Origin: a virus
Taxonomy: Duplodnaviria > Caudoviricetes
IMG/VR virus record: IMGVR_UViG_3300036828_000612
Span: 1 to 60,563 of that record
Length of the DNA stretch: 60,563 nt
Strand: one strand, 5' to 3'
Shown here piece by piece: positions 26,039-35,796 of the stretch. Each line of letters starts with the position of its first letter. Positions within the stretch are counted from its first letter, which is position 1. The notes below the pieces were generated by a model. The model was not told the origin of the DNA, ran no database searches, and was given only the letters and a program-made list of their open reading frames with translations. The translations under genes were made by a program, and so were the position numbers.

Positions 26039-29000
26039 TTAGAACGGCTTGCTCGGCCAGACTGTGACGTCTTGGACCGTGATGCCATCAGGCCACGGAT
26101 CGCCCGCATTGATGATGTCGCCGCCCCACCAAGCGCCGCCAGTATTTACATACGTCGAGATTAGTAAATACATCGGTCCATTGATGGATGCTGGCGTCGG
26201 ACCGGAGACGACAAGATTCCTGTCAAAATACCATTCAAGTGTGCTGGCCGTCCAGTTAATCCCATACTTATGAAAACCGGTGCCTTCATCCGCAGTGGTG
26301 ACGTCCTGCGGATTAGCGGTATTATCCGGATGCGAAGTCATATGCATGTTGGTCGGATTAGAACTGGCAGTTTCAGTGATGTCGACTTCCTCTTTTGGCC
26401 AATTCGCCTCGTCACTAGCAAACAGCCAGATGGCCGACAAACACCCTTTATTGTGAATCAACTTCGCAGTCACTTCCCAGTAGCCGTAAGTATGCGTGAA
26501 AGCGTCGTGAGTGTTCAGCAACCCATTCAACCAGAATGCTCCGCCGGTTTTCGACGTGTCAGGTGCGGGCTTGACCTGCACCTGCACTGTATTGTTGGCG
26601 ACCACGTAAACGTTCATGTTGGGATTTGCGGCAATGTTGTTTACGGAGGCTGTGAAGCCGCCGCCACTGTCCGTTCCGCCGCCATCCGGTTGCCAGAAAT
26701 ACCCGAGATTCCATTTTGACCGATCGATCGTGTTTCCCGGGAAAGTAGCCCAGAAGATGGAGCCCGGTGGCTGCCCCGATGACACGGACGAGATCGAGCC
26801 AGTGATCATCACGATGCTCTCGCTCGGCACGCTAATACCCGACAGGTTCGGAATGGTGGTGATTGTCGGAGCGTTCCCGCCTGGCGCATTCTTGCCGTGC
26901 GTCCACTTAGTAATCGTGCCTTGTGGAGTGCCACCGGCCAGACCAATCGTAACCGTCTGGTTATTGTTGAGATCGTAATTCACCATATGGATGGCGAACG
27001 TCGTTGGCGTCGGCATGGTGGCCAGCACCTGAAGATTGGCGAGCGATGTGGACGACGTAACCTCGCCACCTGCCATATTCCTTGAGAAGTATCCGCCCCA
27101 ATACCCGGTTGGAATCATAATGGTATCGTCGTCGCCGTTGGCGGCATTTCCGGTCAAGCCATAGTAGTTGTCCTGGTATCCGTCCCAGTGCAGATAGCCG
27201 GCCCAGTTCACATCGCGCGTGTAGTTATCAACCGCCGCCAGCGCATCATACAACATGCCGACATAGGTTGCCTCTTCCGGCATCGGCACCTCGGGTCTTC
27301 CTTCCATATTGGCCTCGCCCAGAAGGATGGGCACACTGTCGGAAATGCCGTGATTGCGCATCTGGGTGCGAGCGCCAGGCAGACCAAATCCGCTCAGAGC
27401 AGAGCTATAATACTGATCGTGCGGCTCGCCTGTGTGGCTCGTATAGGAATGATAGCAAAGAAAGCCGAGCTTTGAACCGACAGTGCTTAGGAAAGTGTCC
27501 CCGTTGTTGTTCGTGCCCGGCCAGTAGGACGTGGTCGGGCCACCGACCTTGTAGGCTGCATTGTGCGCGTGAATGACATCGGCAACCGCGACGAACGTAT
27601 TGGCCGTTTGTTGTTCGGGTCTATTGCCGTCGGGTTCCTCGTCAACTTCAATCCACATGTTGGTCGGGTTTCGTCCGTGGTTGTTCTCCATATACTGGAC
27701 CAGGGCGAGAGCATCCGATGCATACTGCGCATCGGACCTGTCGACAGCCCCCGGACCAACCCCGGGGATCAAGAGATAGTCTGGCGTCATAAATGCCGGC
27801 TCGTTCGCAATCCAGTTTGACAGCGAGCCGCCATTCGCGATCATGTTGGCGGCGTCGTCATTGGCGTTGATCCGAATGGCGCGCCAGCCACCCGCCAGCG
27901 CCAGCGTGCCCTTGAGCGCTGGATGTCGGCCAAAGTCGGCACAGTTTTCCTGCCAGTTGAAACCGGCCGACAGGCCCCAGATGCTCTTCGGCACGATGCG
28001 CTGTGCGCCGCCGATGCCAGCGAGAACCGGGCTGGCGAGGTTGACCGACACGTTGCTTGCGCCGGTCGCCGTACCGGTAATGGTAAAGGGCGCCGACGTC
28101 AGCGGCGAACCGGTGGCACCTGCCTGCGTCGCAGTTATTGTGACGCTATAGTTGCCCGCCTGGTCGGTGCCCAGCGTTTGCAGCGTTGAGCCGGCAATCT
28201 GGAAATTCGCTGCGTTCGTGCCGCCCTTGGCGAGCGTGCCGGTGAAAGCGCTCGGGCCGCCGCCGCCACCAGGACCGCCAGTGGGCTTGCTGGTATAGAC
28301 GCTGACATCATACACATCCATGTAAGCTGGCAGACTGGCCGGGTTCGGATCGACGCCAATCGAAACGTCGCCATATGCGTTGGCGTTGACGTTCAGATAA
28401 CAGAACATCGGGTTGTTGTAGGTGCCATCTGTCGGCGTGGGGAAGGTCCCGAACACCACGTCATCGATGTAGATTCGGATAATGCTGGCCGTCCACTCGA
28501 TCCCGTACGCGTGCTTGACCGTCGCGTCGATCGAAGTTGTGTCAAAGACGTTCGTCAGCCAGTAACCGCCGGAGTTCCAACCGGAGACATTGCATATGAC
28601 ATGCTGAGTGTTGTCGCCGCGGGTGATGATGTCGACGTCGATTTCAGAGGACCACGGGGTCGCCGGGCCATTCTCAATATTCCATTGCGCGCCAAACCCT
28701 GGGATTCTGGGTACGGCGAGATTTGCCACCCAGTAACCATGAAGTTGCAGGTTCGTGAGCTGATCATTGATCAAGGTGCCGATGTAGTTGACGTTGCCGC
28801 CTGGCAGAGTGGACAGGTATCCGCGGATGTTGGATGGCATGTTCAGGATGCCAAGCTGCACGTGGCCGCCCGCTGCGCGGACCAGGTTCGGCACGAGGGA
28901 CTGCGGGTTGTTCGGGTTCGGCCAGAATCCCGAGCTATTGGCCGCCTCGCCGTTGGCCGATTCTGACGTGGTAATCCAACCCCACTTGTCGCCGGCCTGC

Positions 29001-30901
29001 TGGGTCTGATGCGTTGCCCATGGGATGGACGAGAAATCGTCGAAAAACGTCGTGCCCGATCCTGGGGGCGCCGTCCCGCCCGTCGTCTGCACCGAGATCG
29101 TCCCAACCGCGGTGCCGCTCGGGGCCCCGCCGGTCGGCACGAGGAAGGTGTTATTGGATAGCGAAATCCCAATCAGCGTCACCGTGCCGGCCACGGTTAC
29201 CGCGAACGGGTTTGACAGAGCCGCCACCGTGATGGTGTTTGCATCGCGTACGCCCACCACCATGGCAGCAATAGCCGACCCTACGGCGGGATGAGTGAAG
29301 CTAAAGGCGGTTGTCGATACCGTCGAGCCGGATGGCAGCGCGAGCCATGAACCCGTCTGGTTATCCTGGTATTGCAGCGTCGGTGCAACGGCATAGCCTA
29401 CTAACGTGCCGGACACTGGAAATGTCACTAGCGTGTTCTCCGCTGGAATAGTCGAGATCAGAATGAATTGCCCGGAAGTGGGCTTGCCTTGATAGATGCG
29501 GACGTAACGGACTGTCGCATAGGCGGGCAACGATGCCGGCGCGGGATCGAGCCCAATGACGTTGCCTAATGCGTAATTCCCCGCGGTCATCATGAACACG
29601 GTCATCGTACCGTTGAACGACCCATCGGTCGGGGTGGCCTGCTGCGCTACCAGAATGCCATCGATGTAGAACCGGATGATGCTGACGGTCCATTCGATCC
29701 CATACTCGTGTTGGATCCGAGGATCGAAGCCGCTAGCGGATGTTGTAGAATAGACGACGTTGCCGAACTGTCCTGTGCTGGCATTGAATCCCGAGAGCTT
29801 GAATTGCAGCGTCTGCACGCCGCTGGCATCGGTCCAGATGCCGACGTCGAGTTCCTCGGTCCACGGCACGCCTTTTGGACTTTGCAGAGCAATCTGGAAG
29901 CCGAAGCCGGGAATGCGCGGAACAGATACGGCAAATGCATAATAGGCACGGAACTGAATGCCGCCTGGCGCAAGCTGGGTCGTGAGCAGACTGCCAACCG
30001 TGGCACAGGCGACACCGCCATTGCCAGCCGTGATAAAGGCTTGCTCTGCCGGCGGGGTTGTCATGACACCGAGTTGCAACCCACCGGCACCGAGAAGATC
30101 GAGACTGGCAACGATCGTGTTGGGATTGAGCGGGTTGGCCCACCATGAATTCGTGCCGCTGGGCTGTCCAACGGTGTTGTCCGCGGCGCCGTAGGACCAC
30201 AGGTCACCGGTCTGCGACGTCTGATGCGTCAGCCACGTCGCCGACGTAAACTCGTCGTCGAATATGGTGACTTGTGCAACGTTGAATGCATTCGACGTTG
30301 CGACGACCGTTGGAGCGTTCGTGTCCTGCACGCTGACCGTCGCCGCGGAATTCAGCTGCATGGCGGGATGGATGAAACTGAAGCTGGTTGCTGTCACCGT
30401 TGCGCCGGATGGCAGTGGCAACCACGTACCGGCCGTGCCGTTGTCCTGGTATTGCAATGTCGGCGGCTGTGTGTAGCCGGTCAGCGTGCCCGAGATCGTA
30501 AATGTGGTGTTGACATGCTGCGACAGGATGGTCGCAATCGCAATTGACCGGGCCACAGTTGTGCCGCCGACCGGCGGCGCTGAAGCAGGCCCATTTCCTG
30601 CCGCGTCGAAGCCAAAGACATCGAACAGATATGCCGTTCCCGGCTGTAGCCCGGTGACGGTCTGCTGCATCAATGGGCTGAGATTCTGCGTGCGTGGATC
30701 GGCTCCAACCGGCGTCCATGTGCCGGCTGAGACGAAGATGAACCACGACCCAGTGCCGGTCTGAGCGTAGACCCGCTGATACCAGAACAAAAGCAACTGA
30801 GAGACCGGCGAAGCTGTATCCACAGTGCCATTTATCGCCACCTGATGGCCGGGACCGATCGTAAATACGTTGCCCTGTGGGTCGATAATCTGAAATGCCA
30901 T
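26039..30901 (-). CDS. Giant multi-domain glycanase/adhesin (FN3, two degenerate GH16-like, TIM-barrel GH-A-like, catalytic GH16-like)
   Basis: FDDEF/FDDF...H(E/A/K)YGI(E/N)WT x3; EVDITE catalytic motif only in the last copy; IEVDEEPD and ILLGEANM clan-A-like glutamates. Confidence 0.8.
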   Translation of the reverse strand: MAFQIIDPQGNVFTIGPGHQVAINGTVDTASPVSQLLLFWYQRVYAQTGTGSWFIFVSAGTWTPVGADPRTQNLSPLMQQTVTGLQPGTAYLFDVFGFDAAGNGPASAPPVGGTTVARSIAIATILSQHVNTTFTISGTLTGYTQPPTLQYQDNGTAGTWLPLPSGATVTATSFSFIHPAMQLNSAATVSVQDTNAPTVVATSNAFNVAQVTIFDDEFTSATWLTHQTSQTGDLWSYGAADNTVGQPSGTNSWWANPLNPNTIVASLDLLGAGGLQLGVMTTPPAEQAFITAGNGGVACATVGSLLTTQLAPGGIQFRAYYAFAVSVPRIPGFGFQIALQSPKGVPWTEELDVGIWTDASGVQTLQFKLSGFNASTGQFGNVVYSTTSASGFDPRIQHEYGIEWTVSIIRFYIDGILVAQQATPTDGSFNGTMTVFMMTAGNYALGNVIGLDPAPASLPAYATVRYVRIYQGKPTSGQFILISTIPAENTLVTFPVSGTLVGYAVAPTLQYQDNQTGSWLALPSGSTVSTTAFSFTHPAVGSAIAAMVVGVRDANTITVAALSNPFAVTVAGTVTLIGISLSNNTFLVPTGGAPSGTAVGTISVQTTGGTAPPGSGTTFFDDFSSIPWATHQTQQAGDKWGWITTSESANGEAANSSGFWPNPNNPQSLVPNLVRAAGGHVQLGILNMPSNIRGYLSTLPGGNVNYIGTLINDQLTNLQLHGYWVANLAVPRIPGFGAQWNIENGPATPWSSEIDVDIITRGDNTQHVICNVSGWNSGGYWLTNVFDTTSIDATVKHAYGIEWTASIIRIYIDDVVFGTFPTPTDGTYNNPMFCYLNVNANAYGDVSIGVDPNPASLPAYMDVYDVSVYTSKPTGGPGGGGGPSAFTGTLAKGGTNAANFQIAGSTLQTLGTDQAGNYSVTITATQAGATGSPLTSAPFTITGTATGASNVSVNLASPVLAGIGGAQRIVPKSIWGLSAGFNWQENCADFGRHPALKGTLALAGGWRAIRINANDDAANMIANGGSLSNWIANEPAFMTPDYLLIPGVGPGAVDRSDAQYASDALALVQYMENNHGRNPTNMWIEVDEEPDGNRPEQQTANTFVAVADVIHAHNAAYKVGGPTTSYWPGTNNNGDTFLSTVGSKLGFLCYHSYTSHTGEPHDQYYSSALSGFGLPGARTQMRNHGISDSVPILLGEANMEGRPEVPMPEEATYVGMLYDALAAVDNYTRDVNWAGYLHWDGYQDNYYGLTGNAANGDDDTIMIPTGYWGGYFSRNMAGGEVTSSTSLANLQVLATMPTPTTFAIHMVNYDLNNNQTVTIGLAGGTPQGTITKWTHGKNAPGGNAPTITTIPNLSGISVPSESIVMITGSISSVSSGQPPGSIFWATFPGNTIDRSKWNLGYFWQPDGGGTDSGGGFTASVNNIAANPNMNVYVVANNTVQVQVKPAPDTSKTGGAFWLNGLLNTHDAFTHTYGYWEVTAKLIHNKGCLSAIWLFASDEANWPKEEVDITETASSNPTNMHMTSHPDNTANPQDVTTADEGTGFHKYGINWTASTLEWYFDRNLVVSGPTPASINGPMYLLISTYVNTGGAWWGGDIINAGDPWPDGITVQDVTVWPSKPF

Positions 30902-30912
30902 GGCAGGGTTCG

Positions 30913-33309
30913 CTATCCGATGACCGTAACCGTGGTTCCGTTGGGCGACTCTGGCGAAAGTGCGAAATTGACAAAAGACGACGGTGTGACGAACCTGTAT
31001 TGAACCTGAAACCCCGTAGACGGGAAACCGGTTGTCGGATACAGCCACCGCACCGTGGCGGTTGATGCCGTGGTTGCTGGTACCGTCACGCCGGCCACCG
31101 GATCGGGCACGCCAATCAACCCGAGGGTCGTTGCCGCCGCCGCGGTAGAAGCTGCGCCAGTGCCGGCCGCATTCGATGCATATGCGCGGAACAGATAGGC
31201 GGTTGCCGACTGCAACCCTGTGACGGTCACCGGGCTATTGTTCGGCGGCGTGCCGGCATAGTCCTGGAAGTTCGCTCCGCCATCAGTCGAGTATTGAATA
31301 TTGTGGGTAAATGGCGATGTCCCGGTCGACGGATCTGTAAATGTGACAACGGCGCTTGAGGCGGTCAGCTGTCCGACACCAAGCCCGGTGATCTGGCCGG
31401 GAGCAACGACATTCGACCCGCCGCCGCCACCCGAGCCCCCCCATGTCGGGAAGCCCGATGGGAAGGTGATGGAGAAAGCCGAAGAGCCGGCATTCAGTAC
31501 GGCAACGCCGCCGGCTTCCTGCGTGGTAAATGCGATAAAGTAAGGGCCGGCGAACCCTATTGCCAGGCCGCCAGCGCCAGTTGCCGGGTTGGCTGTCGCC
31601 GAATCATTCCACGTTGCCGCCCCGTAGAATGTGCGCTCAGCCGGAGTTGTCGCCCAGATTTTCTGATTTGTTGCATCGACGCAGAACGATACCGTAACGG
31701 GGGTAACGTCGGCAGGCGGCGAGTTGGGGGGGTTCAAGAGGAAGTTGTTATTAAAGAACCAGCTTTGCGGGATCTGGGAATTCGGCCCGGTGAATGGATA
31801 GAAGCCGACCGACACATTGTCGCCGCCCAAGCCGCCGGCGCTGGCCAGATTATAGCCGGCCGTGCACAGGCCGACCGTGCAGTTTTGCGTTTTTGCGGTG
31901 AATGTCACCTCGAAGCTTGCGGTGGTTCCCGACGAAATAGACGTCGTGCTGTGAATGCCCTGCGGCGTTGCATAGACGGTTGCCGAACCGCCGGCGGTTA
32001 CTGTCAGACCGCCATTGCTCGTAACCATCGTAGATGTGGCGCCGATCGACTGCCAGGTGACGATTGGGGTTCCCGATCCCGCCGTCGTCATGGTGATCGC
32101 CGCGGAGAACGCGCCGGTGCCTATGGCGTTGGTCGCAGAGACTCGGGCATCGTAATTCGTGGCGGCAGTCAGCCCGGTGACTTGTGCACTCAGCCCGGGC
32201 ACATTGGGCCCGGTTTGCCAGTTATTCTGACCGGTCAGCGAGTATTGCACCTGGTAGGACAGCACCTCCCGGCCGCCGGGATTGGTCCAGGCCAGGGTAA
32301 ATGCCGTTGTGCCGATCAATGAGGCTACGAGACCCGTGGGCGTATTCGGCAGGACATCCCAGGCAGCGCCATGCGTGGCATACAGGGCGCTTCCAGGCAC
32401 CTGGATGGGATCCGGCGGCTGCCAGGCCGAGAGGATGGTCGACAGCCACAGGCGACGCCCAGCGGACGGCGGCGGCACATCCACCCTGTTATCGAGCAGT
32501 GCCGGCGGCAGTCGCCGTTGTGGCGTCGGCAGTGGGTCTGGCGGAATCCAGGCGGTCAGGACCGCCGTATTGGTGTTCACACCTCGCCCGCGGTGAGCGA
32601 ATGGGCTGTTGTCGACCTGAATTCCCAGCAGCGACGGCGGCAGTCGCCGCTGCGGCGTCGGCATCGGGTCCGGCGGTATCCACGATATGAGGATGCTGTT
32701 CGCTTCGGCTTGGTTCGACGTCCAGCCCCCGGCAACCGGCGGCTGATCCACCCGCGCGCCAATCAGGGCCGGCGGCAGCTTTTTCTGTGGTGTTGGCAGT
32801 GGGTCCGGCGGGATCCAGGCGGTCAGGATAGCGGAATTGGTCGTAGCGCCACGGCCGCGATTGGCGAATGGGCTGTTGTTTACCACCGCCGCCATGATCG
32901 ATGGCGGGAGCTGCCGCTGCGGCGTCGGCATCGGGTCCGGCGGTATCCACCAAGTCAGCAGGCCTATCGCCCCGGGGCGGCCTGCCGTCCAGCCGCCGGC
33001 GATTGGTGGATTGTCTGGGATGAACGGCGGCGGCGGCGGTGGCGGGATAATAAGTGGCGGCGGCGGCGTCAGATTCGCAACCTGCTGCCCCTGGATCGTG
33101 ACCTGCCCCTGGACCGTGACCGGCTGAAACGGCAGGCCGCCGGTTGCCGCCAGATCGACCGGCGACAGCGTCACCGTCACCACGCCGGTGAGAAACGGGT
33201 CGAGAAGGTTGTTGCCGCCCGCTAGACGGTTTGCCTGCGTCGCATCGCCAAGGTTCTGCGCGGCCAAACGCCAAAGATTGCCGCCGGCTTGGGAGACCTT
33301 GCGCGCCAT
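30913..33309 (-). CDS. Tail X/LysM-like domain, 5 WxPPDP repeats, FN3, SPRY-like, FN3 appendage protein
   Basis: GGNLWRLAAQNLGDATQ...LLDP N-terminus; VTGLTAATNYDARVSATNAIGTG FN3; SNGGLT...NPATG...FPSGF SPRY-like. Confidence 0.75.
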   Translation of the reverse strand: MARKVSQAGGNLWRLAAQNLGDATQANRLAGGNNLLDPFLTGVVTVTLSPVDLAATGGLPFQPVTVQGQVTIQGQQVANLTPPPPLIIPPPPPPPFIPDNPPIAGGWTAGRPGAIGLLTWWIPPDPMPTPQRQLPPSIMAAVVNNSPFANRGRGATTNSAILTAWIPPDPLPTPQKKLPPALIGARVDQPPVAGGWTSNQAEANSILISWIPPDPMPTPQRRLPPSLLGIQVDNSPFAHRGRGVNTNTAVLTAWIPPDPLPTPQRRLPPALLDNRVDVPPPSAGRRLWLSTILSAWQPPDPIQVPGSALYATHGAAWDVLPNTPTGLVASLIGTTAFTLAWTNPGGREVLSYQVQYSLTGQNNWQTGPNVPGLSAQVTGLTAATNYDARVSATNAIGTGAFSAAITMTTAGSGTPIVTWQSIGATSTMVTSNGGLTVTAGGSATVYATPQGIHSTTSISSGTTASFEVTFTAKTQNCTVGLCTAGYNLASAGGLGGDNVSVGFYPFTGPNSQIPQSWFFNNNFLLNPPNSPPADVTPVTVSFCVDATNQKIWATTPAERTFYGAATWNDSATANPATGAGGLAIGFAGPYFIAFTTQEAGGVAVLNAGSSAFSITFPSGFPTWGGSGGGGGSNVVAPGQITGLGVGQLTASSAVVTFTDPSTGTSPFTHNIQYSTDGGANFQDYAGTPPNNSPVTVTGLQSATAYLFRAYASNAAGTGAASTAAAATTLGLIGVPDPVAGVTVPATTASTATVRWLYPTTGFPSTGFQVQYRFVTPSSFVNFALSPESPNGTTVTVIG

Positions 33310-33342
33310 GAGGTCTCCGTTGATTTGCGCCCGGCGGCGGCC

Positions 33343-34968
33343 TTATGCCGCAACCGCCCAATTGGTTCCGTCGAATACAAACTGATGATCGGTACCGGCG
33401 CCGGAATTCGTCCAGAGCGTGCCGCCGGCAACGCCGCCGTTCACGACCAGCAGATTGTTGGCAAACGAGCCGGCCTGCCGGTTGATGCGCACGGTATTGC
33501 CGGGGATCGGCACAGTCGTGCTGCCGGTGCCACTGGCTTTCCGCTGATTGGAAAGGGTAATCGTAGTGACACCGGCCAGCGTCGCCGGCACTTGCAGCGT
33601 CGCGTCAATGTCCGAACCATAATGCGTATAGTTGGCCGAGACCGGCCGCACGGCGCTGTCAATCTTGGATAGATTGTATCCGAAGATATAATCCGACGCT
33701 GTTCGCGGCGTGGCGAAGTTCGCCAGCGGCGTATTGGCATCGAAGAAGACGTTGGTCTTTAGGCCCGCATTCGTATCATCGCGAATGGCAAAGCCGCGCA
33801 TGGTCACCGATGCAGGCGTGTCGCCGGTCACCACGGCAGAAACCATCTGGAATGGCACATTGACAGCGCCGCTATCGCTGAATTGGCTTAGCAGCTGGAT
33901 GTTCGTGCAGGTGATGTTGTCGGCGCCAAATGTCGCCAGAAAGTTTCCCGTCCCGCTCATGCCGTCTGCGGTGTGGCAGCGGAAGTCGAGAGAGCAGCCA
34001 TCGATATGTACGCTCGACCCGGAGAAGGCCCAGACTACCGCGCCGTTGGCTGTCAGCGAGATCGTTTCCAGGTGAGTGTCGGCGAAAACCACACCGCGCG
34101 CACCGGGGAAGTTCAGCAGCGGATGCGCGCCAACCGAGACGGCTTCCACGTTGAGCTGTTCGAACAAGCCGTTGGTGATCCCGTTGTTGCTACAGCCCAC
34201 GGCATAGTCGCTAAGCGCGGTCGGCGCATTCAGGTTGCCGACCGTGCAATAAATGTTGCGATAAATGTTGCCACTCGTCGCAGCGGATTGGGTGAGCCGG
34301 ATGATCGACTGCTGGCCGCCCTGGATGTTCCAGGTGTCATTGACGACGGAAAAGCTGCCGCCGGTCTCGGTGACGCATACATAAGCCGGATTGGTGCCGC
34401 CGGCGGTGAATTTGTTCACTGCCAGATGACGGATGGTCGAGCTTGCCCATGGGCCAAGCCGAATGGCCAGCGCGCCAGTATTCCCGGTCTGGGAGTTGCG
34501 ATAGCCTACCCCGACACCATCAAACTCCATGTTGCCGCCAAGATTCGTGTTGGTCACGTCACCAATGTCTAAGCACGGCATATTGTCGGAGCATTGAAGG
34601 ACGGATGAGTTCATGCTGCCGCGCCAGACGAAACCGCTCTGACTCCACGGCACGGTAAGCTGAGCGCCGGCAATCTCGTAATCGGCCGGCTCAATCTCAA
34701 AGAATTTCTTATTTGCCACTGCGTAATTGATGGCGGCCTGTAACCCGGCCGTCGTGGCAAGCCGCACGGCGCCGGACAGTCCGAGGCCCTGAGTGACGCT
34801 GGCGCACTTATGGGCCTCTACGGTGCCACGCAGAATTGCTGGCGCCCCCAGACCGGAAACATTGGTAGGATCATCGAACGGCACCGCAGCGGCAGCAACG
34901 GCGGCTGTCGCGGCCTGATCGGCATTAAGCTGCGAAGCGCTAAGGATCTGGCCTGTGATATATGCCAT
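33343..34968 (-). CDS. Tailspike-like pectin-lyase-fold beta-helix protein (putative depolymerase)
   Basis: YITGQILSASQLN head, TAGLQAAIN cap helix, repetitive beta strands. Confidence 0.7.
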   Translation of the reverse strand: MAYITGQILSASQLNADQAATAAVAAAAVPFDDPTNVSGLGAPAILRGTVEAHKCASVTQGLGLSGAVRLATTAGLQAAINYAVANKKFFEIEPADYEIAGAQLTVPWSQSGFVWRGSMNSSVLQCSDNMPCLDIGDVTNTNLGGNMEFDGVGVGYRNSQTGNTGALAIRLGPWASSTIRHLAVNKFTAGGTNPAYVCVTETGGSFSVVNDTWNIQGGQQSIIRLTQSAATSGNIYRNIYCTVGNLNAPTALSDYAVGCSNNGITNGLFEQLNVEAVSVGAHPLLNFPGARGVVFADTHLETISLTANGAVVWAFSGSSVHIDGCSLDFRCHTADGMSGTGNFLATFGADNITCTNIQLLSQFSDSGAVNVPFQMVSAVVTGDTPASVTMRGFAIRDDTNAGLKTNVFFDANTPLANFATPRTASDYIFGYNLSKIDSAVRPVSANYTHYGSDIDATLQVPATLAGVTTITLSNQRKASGTGSTTVPIPGNTVRINRQAGSFANNLLVVNGGVAGGTLWTNSGAGTDHQFVFDGTNWAVAA

Positions 34969-34985
34969 CAGATCAGACCGCTCCC

Positions 34986-35795
34986 CTACCCGAGCACATT
35001 CGGGCCTCCCAACACCGAGGAACCAAGAACAAATAGCGGCGCCGATGATATCAGCGAGCCATTAGAAATCCGGGTCCACGCCGTGGTCGCGACTGGAAGC
35101 ACGCTCGCAATGGCCGCATTAATGTCGTCATCCGTGACCTGACCGCCGCTCATGGAGAGCGAGGCCCATTCGATCGCGCCGATGCCGTAGCCGCCGGTCG
35201 CCGGTCCGGTGCCGATGCGATAGTAGCCGCCGACATTAGGTATGCCGCCGCCGCTGCCACGAAAGGCCGTGACGAACAGCTGGAAGGGCAAAGTGAGTGA
35301 GCCCCAGCCGCCGGCCCCCGGGATGGTGCCGTTGGCAGAGCCGTATTCCAGCCCAGTTCCAACAGCCATGCCCAGGCTGCCCCAACCGCCGGTGTCTGGC
35401 GGCCAGCGTGGCTCGAAGACGATCGGCGCATGCCCGGTCAGGTCCAAGAGCACCTGGATCAGCGCCGGCCGTGTGGCGCGCGCCCGTACGATCTCCCGCA
35501 TGATGCGTATACGGAAGCTCGGATCTCCCTGACCCGGCTTCCGTACAATCCGGCTGCCCAGATAGTCCTGGGCGATGATGTCGAGGAACGACCCGGTAGC
35601 CGTGGCAATCCGGCCCTGTAGCTTGGTAAACTGCAAGAGCGCCCAGACTTGCGCCCATGCATAGGCTAGACCGGTCAGAACGCCATCGAGCACTGGCGTA
35701 TTGGAAGATCCATCCGAATTCGGCTCTGGGAACCATCGCGGCGGCAGCACCGCCTTGATGCGGACCACCATGTCAGCAACATCGCCCGTTGCCAT
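34986..35795 (-). CDS. Baseplate wedge protein (P2 I-like)
   Basis: LPPRWFP...RIATATGSFLDIIAQDYLG...FRIRI; follows J. Confidence 0.8.
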   Translation of the reverse strand: MATGDVADMVVRIKAVLPPRWFPEPNSDGSSNTPVLDGVLTGLAYAWAQVWALLQFTKLQGRIATATGSFLDIIAQDYLGSRIVRKPGQGDPSFRIRIMREIVRARATRPALIQVLLDLTGHAPIVFEPRWPPDTGGWGSLGMAVGTGLEYGSANGTIPGAGGWGSLTLPFQLFVTAFRGSGGGIPNVGGYYRIGTGPATGGYGIGAIEWASLSMSGGQVTDDDINAAIASVLPVATTAWTRISNGSLISSAPLFVLGSSVLGGPNVLG

Positions 35796-35796
35796 T

